From the IMG/VR virus record IMGVR_UViG_3300042834_000003, positions 1-57,922 of that record: DNA of 57,922 nucleotides. One strand, 5' to 3'. Position numbers and translations under genes: made by a program. The notes below the pieces were generated by a model, which made no database searches, was not told the DNA's origin, and saw only the letters and a list, made by a program, of their open reading frames with translations. This stretch comes from a virus (Duplodnaviria > Caudoviricetes). Positions within the stretch are counted from its first letter, which is position 1. Every line of letters starts with the position of its first letter. Below are positions 45,668 to 55,632 of this stretch, piece after piece.

Positions 45668-48274
45668 CTACTGCGTCGGTGGTGGAGCGGCGGCTGGCGC
45701 TGGTGCGGCAGGAGCAGCAGGGGCCGGCGCGGTGACGGGAGCCTCAGTGGCTGGCTGTACCGGCTCGGTGCCGGCCTCAGGGACCACCGCGAACCGGGCA
45801 TTCATCTGCTCAGCCAGCGCTACGGCGGTGGGGTCTTCGGCCGGTTGGGCTGCCATGGCCGGTGCGGCGGCTCCTGAGACTGGCGGAGCAGCTGGAACTA
45901 GAGCAACCGCCGCAGCGGCAGGCGCTGGTGTAGGTGCGGGAGCGGCAGCAGGGTCCATGGCGAATAGCCGCTGGAGTCGGTCTGCCCGGGTTCGGGACGC
46001 ATAGATCTCCTCATCTTCCAGCAGCTCCGAAAGACGCTGGGCCCGGTCGTTGTTCTCGTACTCCTCCACTGCCCGAGCCACGGCCGCCACAATCCCGGTC
46101 GGTGGAGGCTCGACCGGGGCAGTGAAGACCTCGTCCGGGTCGTCATCCCACACCGACCCAGCCGCCACCAGGGCCAGGCGCTCCTCGTTCTCCATTGCAT
46201 ACACCGGGAACGCGGGGGCGTTGACAGCCAGGGCGGCGGTCAGCTCCAGGGAGCCCTTCTCCCGACGCCAGTCCCCTGATAGTGGCGAGCGACGCAGCTT
46301 GGCCACTCTCTTCTTGGTGGCCTCCGGGACCACGGAGCCGGCCACCCAGATGCCGAACTGGTCTTCCCCGGCCCGGACCACTGCGATCTCGTCCCCGGTG
46401 TTGTCGTAGTGAAGGGCCGCCGCCGCATACCCGAGGTTGATCGAGGCGTGGCGCGTGTCCTGGACGATCTTGCCAACGTCGATGAGGTCACCCTCAGCGG
46501 TGTATACAGCACCCAGGTGGAACGGTGCGTAGTCCTGCTCCGAGTGCGGGGCCATCACACACTCCCGCATGGTGACGTCGCGGTGGCACTCGTTCCAGGC
46601 CGCCAGGTGGCCGTAGACGCGACCCTCTTCGGTGACGGTGAGTTTGGTCTTGCGGTCCAGGCCAGGGTCGCTGAACCAAGCGGCTGGAGGCTCCAGCGGG
46701 TAGCCCTCACCGGTGGTGGCGTACTCGATGGATGCCTGGGGGTTTTCGGTGCCCTGGATCTCCACACCGTTCTTCTTGGCAGCAGCCATGATCCGAGCCT
46801 TTATCTTGGCGAGCTGGGTCGAGTCGTACTCCCCAGCGTTCTTCGGGACATTGATGTACGCCCACGCCGCCCGGATGTGCTCTGGCGTGTCGATGGGGTA
46901 GCGCTTCTTGCTGTCTCGGTAGCCCGGGTCCGCGTAGGCCACGTCCCCGTACGGCTCCTGTGTCGCCATAGCGAGCTGTACTCCCTCCTGTGCGGACCGG
47001 TCCCACGGGGCCCGGATAGTGCTGTCACCGTATGCGGTGGCCATCTCCGGGTAAATAGAGGAGATGACGTTCCGCAGTTCCCCCCGGTCCTTTTCGTCGA
47101 TGCCAGGGAGACCACCGTGGGCACCAGAAAGCAGCGCCGCCGCCGCATAGATGGCGTGGTACACCATCGTGAGGCGGCCGTTGATGACGTCCCCTACCGG
47201 TAGCCGATACGAGGTCGGGTCTGTCGCCGAGAGCTGGGGGTTGTACCACATGAAGGCCCGGCGAAGCTTATTGACATCCGGACCTTGTCCACCCGCATTG
47301 GCCCAGGCAGCGATCCTTTTGACCGCGTCATCATTGTCGAAAAGCGCGTCACGAGGAGCGAGGGGTAGTCCGCGCCACCCCGTGGAGTTAACCGCGAACG
47401 TCTCTGTCTCCGCACCCAGTGCCATGTAGCCACCCAGGGGCTTGCTTCCTCCGGCGGAACCCGCACAGCCACAGTCGTCATCGGTTGGGAGGGCCATATC
47501 CGGGTCGTCATCAGGCCAGTCTCCATCGTTGTTGAACACGGTCTGGCGCAGGGCCGCGAACGCTGGGATCGACACCAGGGTGGCGCCACCGATGGCGTAC
47601 AGGGTCATGTGCTCGAAGCCGGTCTCGGGGTTGACCGTGACGTTGACCTTGCCACCGGGGTCCAGGGACGGCCCGGCCACACCACCTTCAGCCAGGATCC
47701 TGGCCTTCTTGGCGTCGTTGAAGGTCTCTTCGTCGAGATAGTCTCCCCACCCCCAGGCATAGTCCTGGCCGGTGTGGTCTGGTCCGTAGGTCAGGCCGAG
47801 GATCCGCCCCACGGTGACCGCCCCGTCGTGGCCCTGACCGGTCTTCTCCCGCCAGTCCAGGGGCAACGGCAGCATTCGATGGGTGAGGGCTCCAGGCTCG
47901 AACACCCGGGTGCGGCGCGGCTCCCCAGTCGGTTTCCCAATCGGTGCTAGCGGTCCGGCCCACAGGTACGCACCCAGATATGGCTGCTTGTCGATGAGTT
48001 CCTGGGCAGCGGTCAGAGCCTCCAGCTCATCAGTGGCCACCATCGAGGCGGTCAGGCTGTGCCCGTGACCTTTGCCGGGGGGGGCCCCGACTGCCTTCTG
48101 GTGCAGGATGTTGCACAGACCCTGTGGGTTCTTGGGGAAGTACTTGCGGAGGTTGCGCACGCACCGATCGAAGTCGTGGGGCAGACCCCACCGAATCTTG
48201 GCAGCACCTTTACCGGCCAACCAGTAACGTTGGAGCTGGAGCGGCATGCCCCGCCCGGGGTTCGGATCGACCAT
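45668..48274 (-). CDS. prohead protease/scaffold-like multidomain protein with DUF6582-like domain
   Basis: GHDGAVTVG, GATLVSIPAF, YPIDTPEHIRAAWAYI, GHLAAW..CH, LSGDWR, LAVNAPAFP. Confidence 0.75.
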   Translation of the reverse strand: MVDPNPGRGMPLQLQRYWLAGKGAAKIRWGLPHDFDRCVRNLRKYFPKNPQGLCNILHQKAVGAPPGKGHGHSLTASMVATDELEALTAAQELIDKQPYLGAYLWAGPLAPIGKPTGEPRRTRVFEPGALTHRMLPLPLDWREKTGQGHDGAVTVGRILGLTYGPDHTGQDYAWGWGDYLDEETFNDAKKARILAEGGVAGPSLDPGGKVNVTVNPETGFEHMTLYAIGGATLVSIPAFAALRQTVFNNDGDWPDDDPDMALPTDDDCGCAGSAGGSKPLGGYMALGAETETFAVNSTGWRGLPLAPRDALFDNDDAVKRIAAWANAGGQGPDVNKLRRAFMWYNPQLSATDPTSYRLPVGDVINGRLTMVYHAIYAAAALLSGAHGGLPGIDEKDRGELRNVISSIYPEMATAYGDSTIRAPWDRSAQEGVQLAMATQEPYGDVAYADPGYRDSKKRYPIDTPEHIRAAWAYINVPKNAGEYDSTQLAKIKARIMAAAKKNGVEIQGTENPQASIEYATTGEGYPLEPPAAWFSDPGLDRKTKLTVTEEGRVYGHLAAWNECHRDVTMRECVMAPHSEQDYAPFHLGAVYTAEGDLIDVGKIVQDTRHASINLGYAAAALHYDNTGDEIAVVRAGEDQFGIWVAGSVVPEATKKRVAKLRRSPLSGDWRREKGSLELTAALAVNAPAFPVYAMENEERLALVAAGSVWDDDPDEVFTAPVEPPPTGIVAAVARAVEEYENNDRAQRLSELLEDEEIYASRTRADRLQRLFAMDPAAAPAPTPAPAAAAVALVPAAPPVSGAAAPAMAAQPAEDPTAVALAEQMNARFAVVPEAGTEPVQPATEAPVTAPAPAAPAAPAPAAAPPPTQ

Positions 48275-49002
48275 TAGCGCCCCTCCTCGTTTCTGATGGC
48301 CACATCGCACCGACAGCCGATGACATTGTCTGGGCTCCCGCTCGGGTCTCCCGGGAACATGAGCGGCTCATCGCAGACCTGGAACGGCATAAAGATGGGG
48401 ACGGTCTGGTTGTTGGCAGCCTGGTGACATGGACGTACACGCTGATCTTGCTCCGTACGCCAGGTCTTGTTCAAGACCCTTCCGGTGATTCGAGACTGTT
48501 CGATACCGGCGGCCATAGTCCCGGCCCCATAGGCTCGGGTTACCTCAGTGACAGCGATGGTGTGCGCCCGTCCCGGCCACCGATCGCTACCCGTGTAGGA
48601 CAAGACACGATCGACTCTGTCAGCGAGCTGATCTAGAGACTCACCAGCGTTGATACCGTCGGTCAGCTCAGCAAAGATCAGGTTGGCCACTTCATCCGGG
48701 ATCCGCACCAACAGGTTCCGGACGTCAGCCAGGTAGGCCACGACGAAGGCATGCCGGGACACTGGCGGCACATCGGTGGCCTCCGACCAGGCGCCCAGCG
48801 CAATCTCCCCGATGGTGGTGAGGATCGTGTCCACCTCCCGGTCCCACATCGGCTGCGTGGCGTAGACAGCGGTCGGGTCAGGGACCATCTTGTGACTGCG
48901 GAACGGGGCCATCACCGCCTCCCGGGCACGGTCAAGCCACCGCCGGAGTGCGCTCGATACGACGCTTTCCAGGCGGGACTCATCGGATGCCCTACTCCCC
49001 AT
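48274..49002 (-). CDS. MuF-like minor head (morphogenesis) protein
   Basis: RA.TIAVTE..KTW...D.RVR..H...FPGDP..SPDNVIGCRC. Confidence 0.85.
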   Translation of the reverse strand: MGSRASDESRLESVVSSALRRWLDRAREAVMAPFRSHKMVPDPTAVYATQPMWDREVDTILTTIGEIALGAWSEATDVPPVSRHAFVVAYLADVRNLLVRIPDEVANLIFAELTDGINAGESLDQLADRVDRVLSYTGSDRWPGRAHTIAVTEVTRAYGAGTMAAGIEQSRITGRVLNKTWRTEQDQRVRPCHQAANNQTVPIFMPFQVCDEPLMFPGDPSGSPDNVIGCRCDVAIRNEEGR

Positions 49003-50899
49003 CCAGCAGTCCCATTCGACGCAGGTACTCGGCCAGAAGCTCAGGGTGGTGAGGCTTCTCCCGTACCAGGAGCGTGGTGCAGTACCCATCCAGTGCGGTG
49101 CGTAGCGCGGTCGTGTCCATGTCTGGGTCCACATGGGCGGCCAGGAGTGAGAGGTGATCCCAGGCTCCGGCCAGGAGCTTGTGGGCGTGCTCCTCGTCGT
49201 TGACATGGATCTTGGTGTGTAGCTCGTGCGGCTGGATGTTGAACTGAGTGCACAGCGACCGGTTCACATTGCCGGCCAGCTTCTTGCCAGCCAGCTCCAT
49301 GGCTCGCAGGACCGTGGCGTTGGCGAGGAAGAACCTGCTCACCGTGCTGGCCGACGCGGTAACGGCGGCTGGCGCTGCTGGTGGCCCACCGGGGGCGTTG
49401 ATGGCCGAGGTCTCCTGCGGGATCGGAGCTCCCGGGGTGGCACTGATCCCGGTGGGCGGTGCCGGCGGAGGCGGCGGACCGGCTCCGCCCATGCCAGGGG
49501 CAGGTGTCTGGGGGGTGACGACAGTGCCAGCGGGGAGGATCTCCTCGGTGAAGCCAGCCACCTTCCGGACTGCCGCGATCTGGAAGAGGTTCGGGTCGCG
49601 GAGCATCAGTTCCCGGGTGAAGCGAAGTAGGTCTTCGGTGTCGTCGGGGGCGTCGGAGATCTTGTAGTCACCGGACAGGAGAACGGTGGCCTTAGAGACC
49701 AGACCCGCGTCGTACATCTCCCGGGTGTCTTTGAGACGCTCTGGCCGCACCGTCAGTGGTGCGGTGTCGTACCAGAAGACGTAGCGATCCGGGTCTTCCT
49801 TGATCGCCTTCAGCGCCGGCTGGAGATAGGCAGTCGTCAGGGCGTCACAGATCCGAACCATCAACGGTACAATGTGGACGTTGATCTGTCCTTCCATGAT
49901 CTGCCACGCTCCCCAGTGATTGGCTTCCCCGGCTCCTGTCAGGATCGACGGGTCGATGTCCATGGCGAGGGCGAACCGTCTCAACGCCTCAGCCCGCAGA
50001 TCCATGGCCTGCTTCGACAGGTCAGAGCCGAACGTGACCAGCTCGATCTTCCCGAGAGCTTCGGTCGGCATCTCCACGATGGTGGGCATGACCCCGGCCG
50101 CCGTGCCCTCACCTTTCAGGCCGGTGGATCCGACCTTCATCAGAAGACTGGTCAGCCCCTCAGCACCCGGGATCTCTGTGTCGTCGTCCGGGAAAGAAGT
50201 CTCTTTGGGGATGGGCAGGAGGCCGGCACTGAACAGCCGGGAGTCAATCTGGGCGAACACATATCGGGTGAGGCGTTCAATCTCCCACAGCATCGGCATC
50301 GCGGCCCGGGTCGGGGAGTCAGCCCAGAGTCCTCGCCGGGGATGGGGAGTCCACATCCGGATGATGATGTCCGTCTCTGGGTTCAGCTTCTCCGGTGTTC
50401 CGTCGTAGGTCGTCATCTCTACGACACCGGTCCGGGCGTACCGTTTCAACTCCGAGCAGGACAGCACGAACCATTCGTCAGACTCATAGTCGGTGCCCCG
50501 ACCGATGACGTAGGCGTCACCAGCGATGGTGAGGTTGATCCCCAGAGCTCGGAGAGCCTCCGCCTTGTGGGGTGGACCACCGAAGAGAGAGTCAGCGAGG
50601 CCGGCGATCTTCTTGTTGGTGACCTCTTTCTGGACCCGGCCGTTCTCATCCACCTGGGCGACATAGATACGGACCCGGGAGCAGGCTGAACCGATCCAGT
50701 TGGCGACAAACCGAAGCTCACCGATGATGTCGTAGAGTCGCCACGCCTCCGTCTGCCACGTGTCATCACCGAACTTGTAACTACGCCATCCCATCCCATC
50801 GAGGGAACGAATCCGGGCGGCCGAGGCTACGAGACTGGGTGGTGAATCGTGGGGGGCCGGTGAGGCGACTGTGTTGGCCTTCTGCCTGCCCAGACGCAT
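48992..50899 (-). CDS. portal protein
   Basis: WQTEAWRLYD..GELRF, ADSP.RA, NHWGAW; between terminase and MuF genes. Confidence 0.85.
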   Translation of the reverse strand: MRLGRQKANTVASPAPHDSPPSLVASAARIRSLDGMGWRSYKFGDDTWQTEAWRLYDIIGELRFVANWIGSACSRVRIYVAQVDENGRVQKEVTNKKIAGLADSLFGGPPHKAEALRALGINLTIAGDAYVIGRGTDYESDEWFVLSCSELKRYARTGVVEMTTYDGTPEKLNPETDIIIRMWTPHPRRGLWADSPTRAAMPMLWEIERLTRYVFAQIDSRLFSAGLLPIPKETSFPDDDTEIPGAEGLTSLLMKVGSTGLKGEGTAAGVMPTIVEMPTEALGKIELVTFGSDLSKQAMDLRAEALRRFALAMDIDPSILTGAGEANHWGAWQIMEGQINVHIVPLMVRICDALTTAYLQPALKAIKEDPDRYVFWYDTAPLTVRPERLKDTREMYDAGLVSKATVLLSGDYKISDAPDDTEDLLRFTRELMLRDPNLFQIAAVRKVAGFTEEILPAGTVVTPQTPAPGMGGAGPPPPPAPPTGISATPGAPIPQETSAINAPGGPPAAPAAVTASASTVSRFFLANATVLRAMELAGKKLAGNVNRSLCTQFNIQPHELHTKIHVNDEEHAHKLLAGAWDHLSLLAAHVDPDMDTTALRTALDGYCTTLLVREKPHHPELLAEYLRRMGLLDGE

Positions 50900-50902
50900 G
50901 GG

Positions 50903-51193
50903 CTACTCCTTCCGGTCCGCGAATAGACCGGTCACGTGCGAGGCGGCAGGGATAGCCAAGACGGCGATCACCCATTGGTTAGGAAACAGGACGGCGACCG
51001 GCATTACCGGGACAGCCACCCAGACAGAGGTACACCAAGGACAATGAGCAAGGTAGGCAGCCATCGACTTCTCGCCCCACTTGTTCACCACCCAGCGTCG
51101 GTAGCCGACCGTGAGCTGATCCTCCACGAGGAGGCGCGTCAGTCGCGCGACCGCAAGGGCACTAACGACTAAAGCGATGATCAGCATGGACAT
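50903..51193 (-). CDS. DUF1360-like membrane protein
   Basis: ARLTRLLVED...CPWCTSVW. Confidence 0.75.
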   Translation of the reverse strand: MSMLIIALVVSALAVARLTRLLVEDQLTVGYRRWVVNKWGEKSMAAYLAHCPWCTSVWVAVPVMPVAVLFPNQWVIAVLAIPAASHVTGLFADRKE

Positions 51194-51227
51194 AGCATAT
51201 GGTCCAGCTGGTATCAAGGGATAGTTC

Positions 51228-52655
51228 TCAGATCAGGTTGGCGATCCCGTAGACGCCCTGATCCCACCCGAGGTTGTACTTCGACGGGTCCCCAGCACCC
51301 ATTCTCCGACGCTCCCCAGCCATGAGGTGAAGGCAGGCATGAACGAGGGCATCCATCCGGTCCGGGGATTCTCGGGTGCTCTCCGGGTCGAACATCACCA
51401 TCTCGTTTTCCAGCTCTTCAAACGTGCCCACCATGTGGAGGCGTCCCTGCTCTCCACGTAGGGCCACAGGCTCCGCACGAGTTTTCTTACCGTGCTTCGC
51501 GTGCACTGCTTTCATGGGGGGAGACGTGTGCCGTGGGAACAGTCCTATATCTATCGAGTCCTGGTAGGTGTCACGGAGCACCTCGAACAAGTACCGCTTC
51601 CCCAGGTTCTCCTCGTATACGACCAGGTCAGCTTTGAAGTCTGCGCAGGCCCGCCAAATAGCCATGGCGGCTTGGCGACCAGTGAAGTTCACCGACGAGT
51701 CGGACAGCACGTACATCTCGTTCTTGGTTGTCCGGGCGGCCACAATGATCCCGAAGGTGGCGTCTTCCCCGGTCAGGTTAGGGTCACAGCCCACCACAGT
51801 GGAGATGATCTCGTCTGGAACCTCCGTGACCCGGTTGCGTTCAATGTCCCCGCGCTTGAACAGCGCACCAGAGCCGATCTCCAGCATCTTCCCGTACAGC
51901 TCCTGCTGGCCCAGGTCGGTGCCGGCGTAGCGGAGCTTCAGCTCCCGCAGAACGTGCGCGGACAGGTTGGTTGCGTTGTCGAAGGTCGACCCACCCATCA
52001 GGTGGATGGTCCCGTCGGCTCTCTTCAGCCACTCCTGGAGGAGCTTGATCGGCTTCGGGGTGGTGGTGGCGAAGCACCGGGGGTGATCATCTATGAGGTC
52101 TGTACGTAGAGAGGGGAGGATCCCCTCATACCAGGACTCATAGGGCTTAGGCCACTTACAGATCTCATCGACCCAGGCTCCGGCGGCGTTGTAGCCACGA
52201 CCAACGTCCTCGTCGTCCGCTCCCTCGGCATAGATCTTGGCGCCGTCCGGGAACAGGATCATGGGACGGGGTGACTGTTTGTACCGGTGGTTGACACCCT
52301 TTCGGTTGAGTACCCGCAGCAGTCCGGCCGGTCCCTCCAGGCAGATCGTCCGGGTGTCCGCCAACGTTTCACCGATGAGTAGCCATTCGGTTGGCTGGCC
52401 GGACCGGTCGAACGGGTGCTTCAGTACCTGCTCCGTCAACCACTCCGACCCGGCCCGGGACTTCCCCCAGCCACGACCGGCCAGGGCCAGGGCTACCAGC
52501 CAGTCACCCTTGGGTGGCATCTGTTCGGGCCGGGCGACATACCACCACTCGTTGCGGAGCATCTCCCCGACGATCTCTGAGGGCAGGGTCGCGATCCACT
52601 CGTCCCGGAGGTTTCTTGGGAGAGCGGCGACACGTTCCGCTAGGGAATGTCCCAC
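51228..52655 (-). CDS. terminase large subunit
   Basis: Walker A AGRGWGKSR, Walker B AWVDE, TTTP, VGCDP nuclease, SPDRMDA. Confidence 0.95.
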   Translation of the reverse strand: MGHSLAERVAALPRNLRDEWIATLPSEIVGEMLRNEWWYVARPEQMPPKGDWLVALALAGRGWGKSRAGSEWLTEQVLKHPFDRSGQPTEWLLIGETLADTRTICLEGPAGLLRVLNRKGVNHRYKQSPRPMILFPDGAKIYAEGADDEDVGRGYNAAGAWVDEICKWPKPYESWYEGILPSLRTDLIDDHPRCFATTTPKPIKLLQEWLKRADGTIHLMGGSTFDNATNLSAHVLRELKLRYAGTDLGQQELYGKMLEIGSGALFKRGDIERNRVTEVPDEIISTVVGCDPNLTGEDATFGIIVAARTTKNEMYVLSDSSVNFTGRQAAMAIWRACADFKADLVVYEENLGKRYLFEVLRDTYQDSIDIGLFPRHTSPPMKAVHAKHGKKTRAEPVALRGEQGRLHMVGTFEELENEMVMFDPESTRESPDRMDALVHACLHLMAGERRRMGAGDPSKYNLGWDQGVYGIANLI

Positions 52656-52829
52656 ATGATCACAGTACGGGCGTTCTACTGGTGGACGCAAGACTGAGCT
52701 GGTATCCCAGGGGTGGGTGGGGGTAGCATGGGCTTCTCACACACAGCTCGCTGGTCCGAGTGGGTGAGAGAACAGGGGATCGGGTCCCTCCGTGCCCGGT
52801 CCCCTGTTTCCATCGGAGAGGAAACGGAT

Positions 52830-53354
52830 ATGGCGATACCGATGCAGAAGCTGGGCTGGATGGCCGGCATCATCGACTTCAAGGGACGTGTTGTATACAA
52901 AAACAATAAGACTCGTAAGACCCTCCAGATTGTCCTCATCGTGGAGACCAAGGAAATGGCCATCATCCGAGGACTATCTGAACTAACCGGTACCAGTCCG
53001 GAACTCCAGTCGGCACAGGTGAAGCCAGAGTTCATGCGACGTAGTTGCCACGAGCACTGTCCCGAGGCCCACATCCATGTGGGTGACCAGGATCTTGTAA
53101 TGCCTGAGATCGCCCGCTGGACCATCACCGGAGCCGCGATGGTTGTGGTCCTGTCGAGCCTCCTCCCATTCCTCAGGACGGATCGAGGATGGACGGAAGC
53201 TATCGAGTCTGCTACCAACCAAACGGTCTTCTGGGGTCGTGGCGCCACGGCTGTCCGGGCATCCCTGCGACGTCTCCAGGAGATCGGGTGGGACATGCCC
53301 ATCCTCTACAGCCAGGCGCTACTGGAAGACGACAACGAAGACGAAGAGGAGTAG
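52830..53354 (+). CDS. LAGLIDADG-like (probably degenerate) protein
   Basis: LGWMAGIIDFKG...LLPFL. Confidence 0.55.
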   Translation: MAIPMQKLGWMAGIIDFKGRVVYKNNKTRKTLQIVLIVETKEMAIIRGLSELTGTSPELQSAQVKPEFMRRSCHEHCPEAHIHVGDQDLVMPEIARWTITGAAMVVVLSSLLPFLRTDRGWTEAIESATNQTVFWGRGATAVRASLRRLQEIGWDMPILYSQALLEDDNEDEEE

Positions 53355-53377
53355 ATTAGACAAGACATGGTTCCCCG

Positions 53378-53418
53378 GGAAGATCCCCTCCGTTGTTGGC
53401 GGAGGGGATCTTCCTTTT
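53378..53418 (+). terminator. intrinsic terminator
   Basis: GGAAGATCCCCTCCG/CGGAGGGGATCTTCC stem + TTTT. Confidence 0.8.
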
Positions 53419-53637
53419 GTCGTAGAGTCGATGATAATTGGTCCGTAGACACGTTAGGAGGGACCAGCCATCGATGTAGACCTGGGCGATGCAGTCCTGT
53501 CCGTTAACCTCCACGTCAAGGGACTCCGTCGTTTCCGCATCAAGTGGCACATCGGCGTCGCCACGGATACCACACCAGCGGACAGGGTAATCAAACCCCC
53601 ACCGTACTTTGCCTCAACAGGAAGGTTTGATGTTGCC

Positions 53638-53961
53638 ATGGATCTCCAGGCAGACAAGCAAATTCCTCTATCCCTCCAGTTCACCGACGAGATGGACAAC
53701 CCGGTTCCGACGCCAGCCGGTACCACGGCCGTATACACGGTTGACGACCCGACCGTCATCAACCTGACTGACAACGGTGACGGCACCGCCGTGGCGGCAG
53801 CGGTGGGTGTGCTCGGTACCGCGACGGTCCATGTTGCGGTCTCGGTCGATGGTGTCCCCGTCATCACCGGAGACCTCCAGATCATCGTCATGGCAGGTCT
53901 CGCGGAGCGGGTCACGATCGTGGCTGGTCCTCCGGTTGAGGTCACGCCCGACACCCCCTGA
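53638..53961 (+). CDS. Ig-like beta-sandwich protein
   Basis: FTDEMDNP...VDDPTV..LTDNGDGTA...G.ATV; the frame is open upstream to 53470. Confidence 0.65.
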   Translation: MDLQADKQIPLSLQFTDEMDNPVPTPAGTTAVYTVDDPTVINLTDNGDGTAVAAAVGVLGTATVHVAVSVDGVPVITGDLQIIVMAGLAERVTIVAGPPVEVTPDTP

Positions 53962-53972
53962 GCGACGGTTCC

Positions 53973-54012
53973 AAGAAGCACCCCCAGGACGTCCCCGGGG
54001 GTGCTTCTTTTT
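53973..54012 (+). terminator. intrinsic terminator
   Basis: AAGAAGCACCCCC/GGGGGTGCTTCTT stem + T run. Confidence 0.8.
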
Positions 54013-54074
54013 GTCGTACCTCCCCGCTAGAGTGATCACACCCCACCGTGGGGTGGGAAGAGGGGAGGGTCCAG

Positions 54075-54488
54075 TTGACTGCCAAAGAGGAGCAGCTCGG
54101 CCGCGACATCGTGGCTAGCGGGCGCCTCAAACAGCTCCGGGAGGAGCTTGGCCTGACCCGGTCAGCCATGGCGGAACTGCTACACACGTCACCGATCACT
54201 TACACCTCCTGGGAGAAGAAACCGGAGGTGAACCTGTGGGCGGAGACCGCGACCAGGCTCGGCCGGTTCTACAGCAACTCTGTGGCGGAGCTTGACTACG
54301 TTCGGTCAGTCCTGAAGATCGACATGACGGACCTGGTTCCCCTGTACATCGCCTCGACCATGATGGGGATCTCCCAGGAGCTGCTCCTGAAGCAGTACCG
54401 CGACGAGAAGTTCAATGCCGTGGATCTTGGCATCCTCGGCCTGTGGGTGGAGAAGAAGGTCCTCAACGTCCTTAGGCAGGGCGAATGA
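54075..54488 (+). CDS. HTH DNA-binding protein
   Basis: LKQLREELGLTRSAMAELLHTSPITYTSWE. Confidence 0.8.
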   Translation: MTAKEEQLGRDIVASGRLKQLREELGLTRSAMAELLHTSPITYTSWEKKPEVNLWAETATRLGRFYSNSVAELDYVRSVLKIDMTDLVPLYIASTMMGISQELLLKQYRDEKFNAVDLGILGLWVEKKVLNVLRQGE

Positions 54489-55330
54489 TCGCGTGCGTCT
54501 ACTGCGGTCAGGAGATGACCCCGCTCATCGAGGAGGGACAGACCTCGCACCCCTCGTGCGCCCCACCGTTCGAACCTCTCGGGAATGAGTACGACCCGTT
54601 CGCCGCGATGCTCAAGCACCAACTCACCGAGATCATCCGCTGGGCTGACTCATGGAATCCTCGGGCCAAGCAGGTCGAGATCGGACCGTCGGAGATCGGT
54701 GACCCCTGCGACCGGCGCATCGGCTACCGGCTCGGGGAGGTGCCACCTGTCAACACCCAGTTCGATCCGTGGGCCGCGATTGTGGGGACAGCTGTCCACT
54801 CCTGGCTGGACCAGAGCGTGAGGCTGTGGATGGACTGCCACAACTCTGAGGACTGGTCCACCGAGACGAAGTTGTCCATCAACAAGTTCGTCCAGGGTCA
54901 CTCGGATCTGTTCTGGCACGAGCAACACACTGTGATCGACTGGAAGACCGCCGGCCCCACAGTCATGAAGAAGCTACGGGATGGGGGACCCTCCGACGGA
55001 TACATCATCCAGACCCAGATCTACGGCTACGGGTATGAACGTGCCGGCTGGCCGGTGAAGAGGGTGGCGTTAGTCTTCCTTCCGAGGGCCGGTCGCCTGA
55101 AAGACATGTACGTATGGACTGGGCAGTACGACAGATCCGTAGCTGAGCACGCACTGGGGAGGATGTACAACATTGCCCGTAAAGTTGTCTCCCTGGAGAC
55201 ATCGATACATCCACATAAATGGGAACAGATTGATGCTGTTCCCTCCAATAGTTGCGGGTTTTGCCCGTGGTACAACTCCATGAAACCAAAGGAAGAAGGA
55301 GCGAATGACCGAGGATGTCCTGGCCGCTGA
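54485..55330 (+). CDS. Cas4/RecB-like PD-(D/E)xK exonuclease
   Basis: PSEIGDPCDRR, GTAVH, GHSDL..VIDWKT, QxxxY, CGFCPW...C. Confidence 0.85.
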   Translation: MIACVYCGQEMTPLIEEGQTSHPSCAPPFEPLGNEYDPFAAMLKHQLTEIIRWADSWNPRAKQVEIGPSEIGDPCDRRIGYRLGEVPPVNTQFDPWAAIVGTAVHSWLDQSVRLWMDCHNSEDWSTETKLSINKFVQGHSDLFWHEQHTVIDWKTAGPTVMKKLRDGGPSDGYIIQTQIYGYGYERAGWPVKRVALVFLPRAGRLKDMYVWTGQYDRSVAEHALGRMYNIARKVVSLETSIHPHKWEQIDAVPSNSCGFCPWYNSMKPKEEGANDRGCPGR

Positions 55331-55541
55331 GGGTATCGAGCCTCAGGATCTTGACGAGGCGAAAGAACTCGACGAGGAGGAGACGCTACCAGAGAAGGGA
55401 ACCGCCGAGTGGTACAACATGGTGGCCCGGCTCATGCAGTACCGCGACCACTGCGGGAAGATGATTACCAAGTGGCAGAGCAAGACCGTCGAGACTGAGC
55501 GGCTGATTCATGAACTCACCGGAGAGCCTCAGTCCTACTGA
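55305..55541 (+). CDS. hypothetical protein
   Basis: AAGGAG RBS. Confidence 0.55.
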   Translation: MTEDVLAAEGIEPQDLDEAKELDEEETLPEKGTAEWYNMVARLMQYRDHCGKMITKWQSKTVETERLIHELTGEPQSY

Positions 55542-55632
55542 GATCGGTGACCGGCTCCTCAGGTCTCAGAAACAGGAAAACCCGGCCCCTGGGGGACCGG
55601 GTGGTAACAACCGGAACAGTACAGGAGCAGAG

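Noticed and set aside
19264-52659. Numerous long + strand ORFs opposite the structural genes
   Set aside because: Antisense shadows of GC-rich coding sequence with no recognisable motifs
54485-55330. Cas4 as the adaptation module of the RAMP locus
   Set aside because: Cas4-like nucleases are routine in actinophage replication modules; it lies 40 kb away and no cas1/cas2 is present
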